Source: Aquificaceae bacterium (GTDB taxonomy: Bacteria > Aquificota > Aquificia > Aquificales > Aquificaceae). Taken from it: DNA of 64,000 nt. The stretch spans positions 61,855-125,854 of the forward strand of contig JBEPZX010000002.1 of the NCBI GenBank assembly GCA_041640635.1. Reading direction: 5' to 3'. The stretch's first letter is position 1, and each line of letters begins with the position of its first letter. Under the pieces are notes generated by a model, which saw only the letters and a program-made list of their open reading frames with translations, was not told where the DNA came from and searched no databases. Positions 42,913 to 53,010 of this stretch are shown one piece after another. The translations under genes were made by a program, and so were the position numbers.

Positions 42913-44202
42913 TCAAGAAATCAATTTTTTAAGATCCTCAAAAAACTCTGGATAGGAAACTTTTACACAGTTGGGATTGTCTAGCTTGGTCTCTCCTTGT
43001 GCTAAAAGCCCCGCTATAGAAAAAGCCATAGCGATTCTGTGATCATCGTAAGTTTTTATAAAAGCACCCTTTAACAATCTTGTGCCTTCTATAGCAAAGC
43101 CATCTTCATACTCTTCAACCTTTGCACCCATAGCTCTTAGGTTCTCAACGATGGCTTTTATTCTGTCACTTTCTTTTACTCTAAGTTCCTTTGCTCCTCT
43201 TACGTAAGAAACTCCATCTGCAAAAGCCATAACCACAGCAAGAATAGGTATTTCATCTATCATTGAAGGTATATCCTCCGCATCTATCTGTATCGCTTTT
43301 AAAGTTTTTGAGGACTTTACAAGGATGTCTCCAACTGGTTCTCCGGATACAACCCTTACGTTTGTATATTCGATACTTGCACCCATCTCTTTTAGCTTTC
43401 TATAAAAGCCATCTCTCGTAGGGTTTATAAGGACATCCTTTAACAAAACCTCACCATCCTCCGCAAGGGTTGCCAAAGCTGCAAAGAAAGCTGCCGATGA
43501 TGGATCAGCTGGACAGTAAACTTCACATCCAACCAAAGACTGACCACCTTCCAGTTTTACTAAATGCCCATGCTTTGTCTGCATACATTCAAGTTTTACA
43601 CCAAAGGTGGTGAGCATTCTCTCTGTATGGTCTCTGGATACGTAAGGTTCCATTATCTCTGTGATGCCTTGAGCTCTAAGCCCAGCCAAAAGCAAAGAAG
43701 ATTTAACTTGTGCAGAGGCTTTTTTGTTAAAAAAGCTTATACCTTTAAGGTTAGAACCTCTTACACTTATAGGTAACTTGTCCCCGCCTTCTCTACCATC
43801 TAAGTGCGCCCCCATGCTTTTTAGAGGTTCTACTACTCTTAACATGGGTCTATTTCTTAGGCTTTTGTCCCCTGTAACTACAGAGTAAAAAGGTTGAGTA
43901 GAGAGAACACCAAACAGTAACCTAGCTGTAGTTCCTGAATTTTGAGCGTTTATTACATCCTTTGGTTCCTTTAGAATAAAGTCGCTCCCGTGGATTATAA
44001 ATTCTTTGCCATGCCTTCTTATTTTAACCCCAAGCATTCTAAAAGCTCTTAACGTTGCCAGTGTATCTGCGGAAACTAACCACTCTTTTACGTAAGTTTT
44101 ACCTCTGGATAATGCGCCTAAAATTACAGCTCTGTGGGATATGGATTTATCAGAAGGAACCCTTAGCTCTCCTCTTACTTTTTTTATTTTAGTTAAATTC
44201 AT
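42913..44202 (-). CDS. aroA: EPSP synthase
   Basis: DKSISHRA, NSGTTARL, SAQVKS, ELRVKESDRI, DHRIAM. Confidence 0.97.
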   Translation of the reverse strand: MNLTKIKKVRGELRVPSDKSISHRAVILGALSRGKTYVKEWLVSADTLATLRAFRMLGVKIRRHGKEFIIHGSDFILKEPKDVINAQNSGTTARLLFGVLSTQPFYSVVTGDKSLRNRPMLRVVEPLKSMGAHLDGREGGDKLPISVRGSNLKGISFFNKKASAQVKSSLLLAGLRAQGITEIMEPYVSRDHTERMLTTFGVKLECMQTKHGHLVKLEGGQSLVGCEVYCPADPSSAAFFAALATLAEDGEVLLKDVLINPTRDGFYRKLKEMGASIEYTNVRVVSGEPVGDILVKSSKTLKAIQIDAEDIPSMIDEIPILAVVMAFADGVSYVRGAKELRVKESDRIKAIVENLRAMGAKVEEYEDGFAIEGTRLLKGAFIKTYDDHRIAMAFSIAGLLAQGETKLDNPNCVKVSYPEFFEDLKKLIS

Positions 44203-44213
44203 CTTATCCTATT

Positions 44214-45038
44214 TTAAACCAAATGGTGGGCATGGTAAGAGGACCTTGCCAGAGGTTTACAAAGCACCTTTTTAAATCCCATGCTTTTTGCAGTTTCTTC
44301 TATCCTTAGAAAATCTTCTTCCGTGTAATACCTAACCACCGGGTAGTGTTTATTGGAAGGTCTCAAATACTGCCCTACAACCACTATATCTACACCTGCA
44401 ACTTTTAGATCTTCTAACGTTTTTAAAATGTCATCCCAGTCTTCACCCAAACCTACCATAAAGCTAGACTTTACCAGTTTATCCGATTGATTTTTGTAAA
44501 ACTTTAAAACTTCAAGACTTCTTTTGTAACTACCTTGAGGTCTCACAAAAGGGAATATTCTTTGCACCGTTTCTATATTGTGAGCTAACACATCGGCTTT
44601 CGATGTGATTATTTCCTCGAGAGATTCTTTTTTTCCCATAAAGTCAGGTGTTAGAGCTTCTACAAAAACACTTAAAGAACTCTTTAAGGTATCTATACAC
44701 TTTTTAAAGTGTTTTGCTCCACCATCCTCAAGATCATCCCTATCCACAGAAGTTATTACCACGTATCTTAGATTGAGTTCCTTTACAGCGTAATAGAGTC
44801 TTATAGGTTCGGAGGGATCAGGCTTACTTGGTTTACCTGAAGAAACATGACAGTATTTACAAGCTCTAGTACACACCTTCCCTAAGATCATAAAAGTAGC
44901 ATGCCCAAAAGAAAAACACTCAAATATATTGGGGCATAGAGATTCCTGACATACTGTATTTAAAGAGTATTTTCTTATAATCTTTTCAGTAGTGCTAAAA
45001 ACTGAATTTTCAAAGACCTTTACCTTAGGCAAAAACAA
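44214..45038 (-). CDS. lipA: Lipoyl synthase
   Basis: CQESLCPNIFEC (CX4CX5C), CTRACKYC, TSVDRDDL, RSSY. Confidence 0.95.
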   Translation of the reverse strand: MFLPKVKVFENSVFSTTEKIIRKYSLNTVCQESLCPNIFECFSFGHATFMILGKVCTRACKYCHVSSGKPSKPDPSEPIRLYYAVKELNLRYVVITSVDRDDLEDGGAKHFKKCIDTLKSSLSVFVEALTPDFMGKKESLEEIITSKADVLAHNIETVQRIFPFVRPQGSYKRSLEVLKFYKNQSDKLVKSSFMVGLGEDWDDILKTLEDLKVAGVDIVVVGQYLRPSNKHYPVVRYYTEEDFLRIEETAKSMGFKKVLCKPLARSSYHAHHLV

Positions 45039-45570
45039 GGCTTAATAGCTCCCTTTTACCTCTTGCTTCTTTGGAGGAAGTAAGCACAATAGGTGCATCT
45101 GTAAGACTTTTTAATTTACTTACAGTTTGTGCTATTTCCCTTTGGCTAGCTTTATCTATTTTAGTCAAGACGACAGTATATCTTAAATTTAAGTGTTCCA
45201 ACCAACTTATCATCATCTTATCCAACTCAGTAGGACCAACTACGCTATCAATCAGCAAGAAAACGTTACTTATAACATCTTTACAATCAAAAAAATAATT
45301 TCCCATCAATTTCTTCCAGTTTTCTTGTTCTTCTTTTGATACCTTTGCAAAACCGTATCCAGGAGCATCTGCAAGATATAATTTTTTTTCCAGCTCAAAC
45401 AAATTAATGAATCTTGTTCTACCTGGTTCTTTACTAACGTAAGCAACCTTTCTATTTACCAACATGTTAATTAAATAAGATTTACCTACATTGGATCTAC
45501 CTACAAAAACTATATGAGGTTTGTCCCTTAAAAAATCACTTTTAAAAGAACCTACAAACTTTACATTCAT
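45025..45570 (-). CDS. engB: Ribosome biogenesis GTPase YihA/YsxC
   Basis: GRSNVGKS, PGRT, DAPGYG, TKID. Confidence 0.93.
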   Translation of the reverse strand: MNVKFVGSFKSDFLRDKPHIVFVGRSNVGKSYLINMLVNRKVAYVSKEPGRTRFINLFELEKKLYLADAPGYGFAKVSKEEQENWKKLMGNYFFDCKDVISNVFLLIDSVVGPTELDKMMISWLEHLNLRYTVVLTKIDKASQREIAQTVSKLKSLTDAPIVLTSSKEARGKRELLSLVFA

Positions 45571-46790
45571 TGCTTAGCAAAAGCTAAAGCTTTTTTAACC
45601 TCTCCTACCAAGTAGAGGGAGCCGAGAACAATTATATCATCCTCTATAGAAAGAGCGTCTTGAATACTTTCCAGTATTACGGCTTTAAGTCCTAACTCCT
45701 TTGCATAACCTAATAGATTTTCTAAGCTTTCCGCTCTGTGATGTTGGAGTTTTACAAGGTATATGGTTTGGGAAAGTTCTTTGAGAATCTGCATATTAGT
45801 TTTCCACTCTTTGTCCTTCAGTCCAGTAAAAAGGGGCTTTATGTTATTAAAGTGCCTTTTTAGGTTCTCAACCACTAACCTTACACCATCTGGATTGTGT
45901 GCTCCGTCTAAAATAAGGAGAGGTTTTTCTCTCACTATCTCCATTCTACCTTCCCAACGTGCCTTAGAAAGCGCCTCTTTCACCTTTTCCTCTTGAAGCT
46001 TTAAAACTTGCAACGCTGCGGTCAAAGCTAAGCTCGCATTGTCTATTTGCCACTTGCCCCACAGACTCAGTGTTAAATCCTTAAAGGTAGTGTCTTTGTA
46101 ACTGTAAAAGCTCAAATATGTTCTTTCTCTTTCTACTTTACCAAAGGCTTGAAAGTCTAAACCGGCAACTACTAAGTCTTCCCTATTGCAAACTTCTAAA
46201 GCTGTTGTGTATAAAGGATACTTCATACTTCCTATGATCAAAGGTTTACCTTTTATATAGATTCCCAGTTTCTCTTTGGCTCTTTCTTCTGGATTGTTAC
46301 CTAACCACTTAATATGGTCCCTACCTATGTTGGTTATACAACATACTTGAGGATTGCATACCTTTGTAGCGTCCCACCTACCACCCATTCCCACCTCAAA
46401 GACTGCAAAATCTACCTTTTCGTCCTCAAAATACTTCATCGCTATCAAAGTGCAAGCTTCAAAGTAGGTAAGATGGAACTTTTCAAAAATGGACTTAAGG
46501 TCTCTTACATAGCAACTTAGAGTTTCCTCTGAGATATTTTGAGCGTTTATTTTCCATCTTTCTACTTCCTGAAAAAGATGGGGTGACACAAACCATCCCG
46601 TTTTATAACCGTGGTGCCTTAGCAGGCTTTCTAAAAAAGCACATGTAGAGCCTTTACCATTTGTCCCACCTACTTGAAAGGAGACAAAAGATGGATTAGA
46701 AAGCCCTATATACTCAACTGCTTTATGTATCCTATCCAAGGTAGGAATTATATTGTAGTCTTTTCCTTGGTAAATCTCCCAAAGATACAT
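45567..46790 (-). CDS. folC: Folylpolyglutamate/dihydrofolate synthase
   Basis: GTNGKGS, SPHL, EVGMGGRWDAT, LDGAHNP, GSLYLVG. Confidence 0.95.
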   Translation of the reverse strand: MYLWEIYQGKDYNIIPTLDRIHKAVEYIGLSNPSFVSFQVGGTNGKGSTCAFLESLLRHHGYKTGWFVSPHLFQEVERWKINAQNISEETLSCYVRDLKSIFEKFHLTYFEACTLIAMKYFEDEKVDFAVFEVGMGGRWDATKVCNPQVCCITNIGRDHIKWLGNNPEERAKEKLGIYIKGKPLIIGSMKYPLYTTALEVCNREDLVVAGLDFQAFGKVERERTYLSFYSYKDTTFKDLTLSLWGKWQIDNASLALTAALQVLKLQEEKVKEALSKARWEGRMEIVREKPLLILDGAHNPDGVRLVVENLKRHFNNIKPLFTGLKDKEWKTNMQILKELSQTIYLVKLQHHRAESLENLLGYAKELGLKAVILESIQDALSIEDDIIVLGSLYLVGEVKKALAFAKQ

Positions 46791-46813
46791 TAGAAAAATT
46801 ATAAAGAGATCAT

Positions 46814-46833
46814 AAAATGGGGCAGAAGCCCCA
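46814..46833 (-). terminator. Intrinsic terminator of the cold-shock gene
   Basis: Minus strand TGGGGC-ttct-GCCCCA then TTTT, just after the stop codon. Confidence 0.75.
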
Positions 46834-46839
46834 GATATG

Positions 46840-47049
46840 TTAGCTTAAGACCTTTACGTTCTTTGCTCTTGGTCCTTTTGAGTCCTGTTCTATTTCAAAC
46901 TCCACTTTTTGGCCTTCTTGTAGTGTTTTAAAGCCCCTTTGCTGTATGGATGAAAAATGGACGAATACGTCCCCTTGATTATCCTCGCGGGTTATAAAAC
47001 CATAACCCTTTTCCTTGCTGAACCATTTGACTGTACCTCTGAACGCCAT
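46840..47049 (-). CDS. Cold-shock domain protein
   Basis: GTVKWF, KGYGFI, DVFVHFS. Confidence 0.96.
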   Translation of the reverse strand: MAFRGTVKWFSKEKGYGFITREDNQGDVFVHFSSIQQRGFKTLQEGQKVEFEIEQDSKGPRAKNVKVLS

Positions 47050-47127
47050 GACTAAACAAAACCTCCTTTAAATTACTTAAAACCCCTCCGGAAGATGGTA
47101 CCGCTTCCTTCAAGAGCTTTACATAAA

Positions 47128-47156
47128 AATCTAACACATAAACTTGTTTTTGTCAA
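47128..47156 (-). promoter_or_regulatory. Promoter of the cold-shock gene
   Basis: Minus strand TTGACA-17 nt-TAGATT with extended -10 TG. Confidence 0.7.
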
Positions 47157-47195
47157 TCGTTAGATTATAATTTACAAAGAAAGGAGGTTATAAAT

Positions 47196-47372
47196 ATGCA
47201 CTTTCCATTACCTTGGCAGTTGTTGCTAATACTTTTGGTTATATTTCTTATATTTGGTGCATCAAAACTACCAGAATTTGGAAAAGGTTTAGGTGAAGGT
47301 ATAAGAAACTTTAAAAAGGCTCTATCCGGTGAAACAGAAGAAGAAAAGAAAGACAAGATAAAAGAGGGATAA
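47196..47372 (+). CDS. tatA: Twin-arginine translocase TatA/E subunit (58 aa, absent from the ORF track)
   Basis: [43 protein letters not shown]...; SD AGGAGGT. Confidence 0.93.
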   Translation: MHFPLPWQLLLILLVIFLIFGASKLPEFGKGLGEGIRNFKKALSGETEEEKKDKIKEG

Positions 47373-47373
47373 T

Positions 47374-47580
47374 ATGCCAAACTTCAGCCTCACAGAAATA
47401 CTTATCATATTAGCTATAGTATTATTGCTTTTCGGCGCAAATAGATTGCCAGAGGCAGGAAGAGCTCTAGGCGAAGGCATAAGAAACTTTAAAAAAGCCT
47501 TTTCAGGTGAGCAAGAAAAAGAAGATGAAAAAATTAAAGAAGTAAAAGGAGAAGAGATCGACAAAGTCAGGAAATCATAG
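47374..47580 (+). CDS. tatA: Twin-arginine translocase TatA/E subunit, second copy
   Basis: TM helix plus [23 protein letters not shown]. Confidence 0.93.
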   Translation: MPNFSLTEILIILAIVLLLFGANRLPEAGRALGEGIRNFKKAFSGEQEKEDEKIKEVKGEEIDKVRKS

Positions 47581-47747
47581 CATACAATAAAATTAAAAAT
47601 CGTGCCTATTTTATGTAAATTCAGCAAATACGTTAAAGAAGTTAAAATTGTAGCACATGGGGCTGGATTAGCAAAACTAATATCCTCTGCAGTCAATTAT
47701 AGACTTTATTTGATTATGTCTTCGATATTTCAATACCAATTTCATTT

Positions 47748-47795
47748 ATAAGTTTAGCTTATTAAGTATATAAGTTATTCTTATAATTTTATAAG
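47748..47795. promoter_or_regulatory. Phased palindromic operator array upstream of soeA (LysR-type T-N11-A)
   Basis: ATAAG-N5-CTTAT at 47748-47762 and 47770-47784, half site ATAAG at 47791. Confidence 0.6.
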
Positions 47796-47856
47796 CAAAT
47801 AGAAAAGCAAGAAGATAATAAGTCACTTAATCTTTATAAACTAAGGAGGTATCTCT

Positions 47857-50706
47857 ATGGAAATGGGTGGTAGTTTCTACGACAGAAAAGCCTACAGTAC
47901 CTGTTACATGTGCGCCTGTAGATGTGGTATAGAGGTCTATGTTAGAAATAATAAAGTCACTTACATAAAAGGAAACGATGCTCACCCAACCAATAAAGGC
48001 GTGCTTTGTGCAAAGGGTTCTTCTGGAATAATGAAAGAGTACAGCCCAGCAAGGCTCAGAAAACCTTTGCTCAGAGTAGGCCCAAGAGGCTCAGGTGAGT
48101 TTAAAGAAATAGAGTGGGACGAAGCCATAGATATTGCAGTCAAGTGGTTAGACGAAGCTCGAAGAAAAGGACCGCAAACTATAGCTTTCTTTACTGGAAG
48201 GGACCAAATGCAAGCTATAAATGGATGGTTTGCTGGACAACTGGGAACCGTCAACTGGGCTGCTCATGGAGGCTTTTGTTCTGTGAATATTGCAGCAGCT
48301 GGGCTTTACTCAATAGGTGGCTCTTTTTGGGAATTTGGAGAAGCTGATTTCGAAAACACCAAATACTTTATGATGGTAGGTGTAGCAGAAGACCACTCAT
48401 CGAATCCCTTTAAGTTAGGCATACAGGAGATGAAGCGCAAAGGTGGGAAGTTTGTAGTGGTAAATCCAGTGCGTTGGGGATACGGTGCTGTTGCGGATGA
48501 ATGGGTTCCCATTAAACCTGGAACAGATGGTGCATTCTTTTTGGGTATAATGCACGTTCTCTTTAAATACAACCTAGTAGATTGGGAATTTCTAAAGGAG
48601 TATACAAACGCCACATGGTTAGTTATACAAGCTCCAGGGACACCAAAGGATGGTTTATTTTACAGAAATGCTCAAGGTGAGCCTATGGTATTTGACCAAA
48701 AATCTGGAACTCTCAAAGAAGCAAGCAAGATAGTTCCAGAAGACTTGGATCCAGCTTTTATAGGTGAGTTTACTACCCCTGAGGGCTACAAAGTAAGACC
48801 AGCTTTTGACATATTTGCAGAAAGATTGGTAAAGGATTACTCACCGGAAAAGGTAGAAAGGATAACAGGTATTCCAGCAAAGGATATAGAAAGGATTGCC
48901 AAAGAGATGGGAACGGTTGCCATACTTGAGCCCATTGAGCTTCCCATAGAGTGGACGGATGTATGGGGAAGAAAACACAAAAAGACGAAGGGAAGACCTG
49001 TTTCCTTCCACATAATGAGAGGAATAGCCTCTCACACCAACGGATTTCAAACAGCTAGAACTGTCTTTTTGCTTATGATGATGCTAGGCGTTGTGGATGC
49101 ACCTGGAGGATTCCTAAATAAACCACCTTATCCAAAGCATATAGAAGACTTACCAAAACCGTACAGAATAGATAAACCTGACGCTATAAAGTATGGTGAA
49201 GTATACCCAGGACCACACTTAGGGTATGTGCAAAATCCAGATGATTTGCTTGTAGACGAAAAGGGCAATCCGGTAAGAATAGATTGGGCGTATAGCTGGT
49301 GGTTCCCTATGACGGCTCATGGATGTATACAAAATGTTATACCTGCAGCATACGAAAGAAATCCTTACGGAATAGAAGTAATGATCTGGTATATGGCAAA
49401 CATGGCTTGGAACTCTTCACAAAACATTCCTTACATACTAAAGGCTCTCACGGCTACCGACCAAGCGGGTAATTACATAATACCCAAAATCATAACCATA
49501 GATGCCTTTTACAGTGAACAGGTAGCATACTCAGACTTGGTTTTCCCAGATGCAACATACTTAGAGCAATGGTTTGCACTATCTTTGCTTGATAGACCTC
49601 CATCGGCGGTAGACGGTCCAGTGGATGCTCTAAGACACCCCATAGTAGATCCGAAGGAAAACGGATATGACGTAAAGCCATGGGGCGATGTGATGGTAGA
49701 GATAGGTTCTAGGCTCAAACTTCCTGGTTTTGTAAATACCGATGGTTCAAGCAAATACAAGGACTTTAAGGACTTTATCATAAACTGGCAAGTAAGACCT
49801 GGCGTGGGAGCTTTGGCTGGTTGGAGAGGTAAAAATGGAGACAAGCACTTTGTAGGCGAACCAAACCCCAATCAGTTGGAGATGTATATAAAGAACAAAG
49901 GATTCTTCTACTACAAGCTTCCGGAAAATATGAGATATTACAGACACGTCAACAAAGACTACCTCGAATGGGCAAACAGTGTAGGTTTTGTTAAAAAAGT
50001 TGCTCCCATTACGTTCAACTTCTATATAGAAGCTTTGCAGACCTTCAGACTCGCAGGTCAAGGGCTTTGGGAAGGCAAAAATCAACCTCCAAACGATCCC
50101 ATTCTCAAAGAAAGACTTGTAAAGTACTTTGATCCTCTACCCTTCTGGTATCCACCTTTCGAAGAAGAAGTAAGTGGTAATGAGTTTCCTCTATACGCCT
50201 TTACCCAAAGGCCAATGTGGATGTATCACTCTTGGGACTCTCAAAACGCATGGCTAAGACAAATTTCCAGTAGAAACTACTTATACATAAATCCAAAGAC
50301 AGCTCAAAAACTAGGTATTAACCACTTGGATTGGGTGTGGGTAGAATCCAGAATAGGAAAGGTTAAGTGCCAAGCCTTTTTGACAAACACAACAGAGCCT
50401 AACTCTGTTTGGACATGGAACGCCATAGGCAAAATGAGCGGTGCGTGGGGATTAAAGCCAGATGTCGATGAAGCTACTGAAGGATTTTTGCTCAATCACG
50501 TAATACCTCATAGCATCAAACTTGGAACCAAGGAAATCTACTACGGTGACCCTATTACTGGACACTTGGCATGGTTTGATACAAAGGTTAAAGTTTACAA
50601 AGCACAAGACCAAACACCAGTTACAAGCCCACACTTTAGAGTAAAACCCCTGCCCTACATAGAAGAAAAGTGGAAGGAACTGGAGGTTTTAAGATATAAA
50701 CCTTAA
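47857..50706 (+). CDS. soeA: Cytoplasm-facing molybdopterin sulfite dehydrogenase, catalytic subunit (SoeA/SreA type)
   Basis: CYMCACRCG...C Fe-S motif, AHGGFCSVN, MYHSWDSQNAWLRQI, WTWNAIGK; no Tat signal. Confidence 0.88.
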   Translation: MEMGGSFYDRKAYSTCYMCACRCGIEVYVRNNKVTYIKGNDAHPTNKGVLCAKGSSGIMKEYSPARLRKPLLRVGPRGSGEFKEIEWDEAIDIAVKWLDEARRKGPQTIAFFTGRDQMQAINGWFAGQLGTVNWAAHGGFCSVNIAAAGLYSIGGSFWEFGEADFENTKYFMMVGVAEDHSSNPFKLGIQEMKRKGGKFVVVNPVRWGYGAVADEWVPIKPGTDGAFFLGIMHVLFKYNLVDWEFLKEYTNATWLVIQAPGTPKDGLFYRNAQGEPMVFDQKSGTLKEASKIVPEDLDPAFIGEFTTPEGYKVRPAFDIFAERLVKDYSPEKVERITGIPAKDIERIAKEMGTVAILEPIELPIEWTDVWGRKHKKTKGRPVSFHIMRGIASHTNGFQTARTVFLLMMMLGVVDAPGGFLNKPPYPKHIEDLPKPYRIDKPDAIKYGEVYPGPHLGYVQNPDDLLVDEKGNPVRIDWAYSWWFPMTAHGCIQNVIPAAYERNPYGIEVMIWYMANMAWNSSQNIPYILKALTATDQAGNYIIPKIITIDAFYSEQVAYSDLVFPDATYLEQWFALSLLDRPPSAVDGPVDALRHPIVDPKENGYDVKPWGDVMVEIGSRLKLPGFVNTDGSSKYKDFKDFIINWQVRPGVGALAGWRGKNGDKHFVGEPNPNQLEMYIKNKGFFYYKLPENMRYYRHVNKDYLEWANSVGFVKKVAPITFNFYIEALQTFRLAGQGLWEGKNQPPNDPILKERLVKYFDPLPFWYPPFEEEVSGNEFPLYAFTQRPMWMYHSWDSQNAWLRQISSRNYLYINPKTAQKLGINHLDWVWVESRIGKVKCQAFLTNTTEPNSVWTWNAIGKMSGAWGLKPDVDEATEGFLLNHVIPHSIKLGTKEIYYGDPITGHLAWFDTKVKVYKAQDQTPVTSPHFRVKPLPYIEEKWKELEVLRYKP

Positions 50707-50719
50707 GGAGGTTAAAGCT

Positions 50720-51418
50720 ATGGCTCAGCTTGCCCTTGTTATAGATTTGAATACATGCGTTGGTTGTCATGCATGCGCTACCAACTGTAAAGAGTGGAAC
50801 ACTCAAGCAGCCTTTGGACCTCTTTCTGACTTCGACCCATACGGAAGATCACCAGAAGGTGTCTGGTACAACAGAATAATGAGCTATGAAATTGGAGAGT
50901 TTCCAGATACTCAGGTTTTCCATCTTCCCAAGTCTTGTTTGCACTGTCAGGATGCTCCATGTGTACCAGTTTGTCCTACTGGCGCAAGCTATAAAAGGGA
51001 ACAGGATGGAATAGTGCTCGTAAACTACGATGACTGTATTGGTTGTAAACTATGTTCTTGGTCCTGCCCTTATGGATGTAGAGAGTTTGATGAAGCCGAC
51101 AAAGTTATGAAAAAATGCACCCTTTGTATAGACAGGATATACGATGAATCTTTACCACCTGAGCACAGAAAGCCAGCTTGTGTTTTAACGTGCCCTGCCA
51201 AAGCGAGATTTTTTGGAGATATAGAAGACCAAAACAGTGAAGTGTACAAAGTTATAAAGGAAAGAAACGGCTTCGTACTATTTTCACAAGCTGCTACAAA
51301 TCCAGGTAACCATTACCTGCCAAAGACGGAAACAAAGGTTCATGTAGATGACCACATCTTAAGACCAGACAACCCACTCTTTCTTGAAGTATTAAGAAGA
51401 CATCACAAAGGAGGTTAA
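50720..51418 (+). CDS. soeB: 4Fe-4S subunit of the Soe complex
   Basis: CVGCHACATNCKEWN, CLHCQDAPCVPVCPTG, CIGCKLCSWSCPYG, CTLC. Confidence 0.88.
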   Translation: MAQLALVIDLNTCVGCHACATNCKEWNTQAAFGPLSDFDPYGRSPEGVWYNRIMSYEIGEFPDTQVFHLPKSCLHCQDAPCVPVCPTGASYKREQDGIVLVNYDDCIGCKLCSWSCPYGCREFDEADKVMKKCTLCIDRIYDESLPPEHRKPACVLTCPAKARFFGDIEDQNSEVYKVIKERNGFVLFSQAATNPGNHYLPKTETKVHVDDHILRPDNPLFLEVLRRHHKGG

Positions 51419-51420
51419 AA

Positions 51421-52440
51421 ATGCATCCACCAATATCTCTAATATGGTTCTTTTTGACTGCTGGTATCTCTATAGGTCTCTTTTCCTTTACGTATATTAT
51501 GGAATTTTTAACTTTGTTTGGGAAAAATACCGCTCTTCCTTCCGAAATGTCGTTTGTATCCTTGATACTGTCTTTAATTCTTGTAGGTCTTGGTGCTATA
51601 GGTGCAAGCTTTCACTTAGGACACAAATTCAGGGCATGGAAAGCTATAAGACGATTCCATACATCGTGGCTATCTAGAGAAGCAGTCTTTAGTGGAGCAT
51701 ACGGTTTTATGCTATTTGTTTACATCTTGCTCAAATACTTTAACATAGGTCCTTTTTGGGTGCACTTGGTTGGAATAACAACCTTTGTTTTAGGATGGCT
51801 TAGTGCCTTCTCTACAGCTATGATATATGCCTCTAACAAGTTCGTTTTGGAGTGGAACACATCTATAACCGTACTTTACTATCTTAATATGTACCTTATG
51901 CTTGGCTCTTCGGCATTTCTAGCTCTTACATACCACTACAGACCTGAATTCATAGGAACTTACTTATTTTTAACCTTCTTATTTCTCAGCTTAGGTTTAG
52001 CTTTCCGGCTTGCTTTTAACATTAGACAGTTTTATATAAGCAGACCTACTTTAAATGAAGCCCTAAACATCGCTCACAACAGGCCCATAAGAGTTCTAGA
52101 TACTGGTACAACCACCAAGAATTACTGCACAGAAGAGTTTTATTACAGTAAAGGCAAAGAAATTTTGGGTTCTATCTTACCCGTATCTTATCTGCTAACT
52201 TTTGTGATACCACTGTTTTTCGTCCTGTATTCTTGGATAACAGGACAGTATCTTTATGTATTCTATACGATAACTTTTGCATCTTTGTTAATAGGTAGTG
52301 CATTAGAAAGATGGTGCTTCTTTGTAGAAGGAAACCACGTTCAAAATCTATTCTATGGATTGTATCCTGAAGAAGGCTACAGATTAAGAAAAGGATATAT
52401 GGAAAGAAAGCAAACACGTATAAGCCTTTATAATAGGTAG
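51421..52440 (+). CDS. soeC: DmsC/NrfD-type membrane anchor of the Soe complex
   Basis: MHPPISLIWF, SFHLGH, SWLSRE, TAMIYAS, ERWCFF. Confidence 0.85.
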   Translation: MHPPISLIWFFLTAGISIGLFSFTYIMEFLTLFGKNTALPSEMSFVSLILSLILVGLGAIGASFHLGHKFRAWKAIRRFHTSWLSREAVFSGAYGFMLFVYILLKYFNIGPFWVHLVGITTFVLGWLSAFSTAMIYASNKFVLEWNTSITVLYYLNMYLMLGSSAFLALTYHYRPEFIGTYLFLTFLFLSLGLAFRLAFNIRQFYISRPTLNEALNIAHNRPIRVLDTGTTTKNYCTEEFYYSKGKEILGSILPVSYLLTFVIPLFFVLYSWITGQYLYVFYTITFASLLIGSALERWCFFVEGNHVQNLFYGLYPEEGYRLRKGYMERKQTRISLYNR

Positions 52441-52442
52441 CT

Positions 52443-52970
52443 ATGAAAGCAAAGTTTGGAGTTTTGACCATATCGGACAGAGCAAGCAAAGGTGAGTATG
52501 AGGACGTAAGTGGCAGATACATAATAGAATATTTGCAGGAAGTAGTTTCAAGCCCCTTTGAAGTAGTTTACAAGGTAATTCCAGATGAAAAGATCATTAT
52601 AGAAGGTGCTCTAATCCATATGGTAGATAGCGAAAACTGTTGCCTGATACTAACTACAGGTGGCACCGGTCCTGCCCCTAGAGATGTCACGCCAGAAGCT
52701 ATGAAGGCAGTATGTGAAAAAGAGCTACCAGGATTTGGAGAGCTTATGAGACAAGTCTCCCTCAAGCAAGTACCAACAGCTATTCTTTCACGTCAAACAG
52801 CTTGTATAAGAAAAAATGCTTTAATTGTTAATCTACCCGGTAAACCTCAATCTATAAAGCTCTGCTTGGATGCCGTATTTCCGGCCATACCTTACTGCAT
52901 TGACCTTATAGGTGGGCCGTACATAACAACCTATGAAGATAAGATAAAAGCTTTTAGACCTGGCAAGTAA
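52443..52970 (+). CDS. mog: Molybdopterin adenylyltransferase
   Basis: SDRAS, TTGGTGPAPRDVTPEA, PTAILSRQ, NLPGKP. Confidence 0.95.
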   Translation: MKAKFGVLTISDRASKGEYEDVSGRYIIEYLQEVVSSPFEVVYKVIPDEKIIIEGALIHMVDSENCCLILTTGGTGPAPRDVTPEAMKAVCEKELPGFGELMRQVSLKQVPTAILSRQTACIRKNALIVNLPGKPQSIKLCLDAVFPAIPYCIDLIGGPYITTYEDKIKAFRPGK

Positions 52971-53010
52971 AAACTAGGTTTTCCAAATAGGTATAAAAGA
53001 TATCCAGCTT

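Noticed and set aside
47196..50706. Idea that the adjacent tatA genes export SoeA
   Set aside because: SoeA starts almost directly at its Fe-S motif with no RR signal, and a 276-bp spacer with its own operators separates the genes
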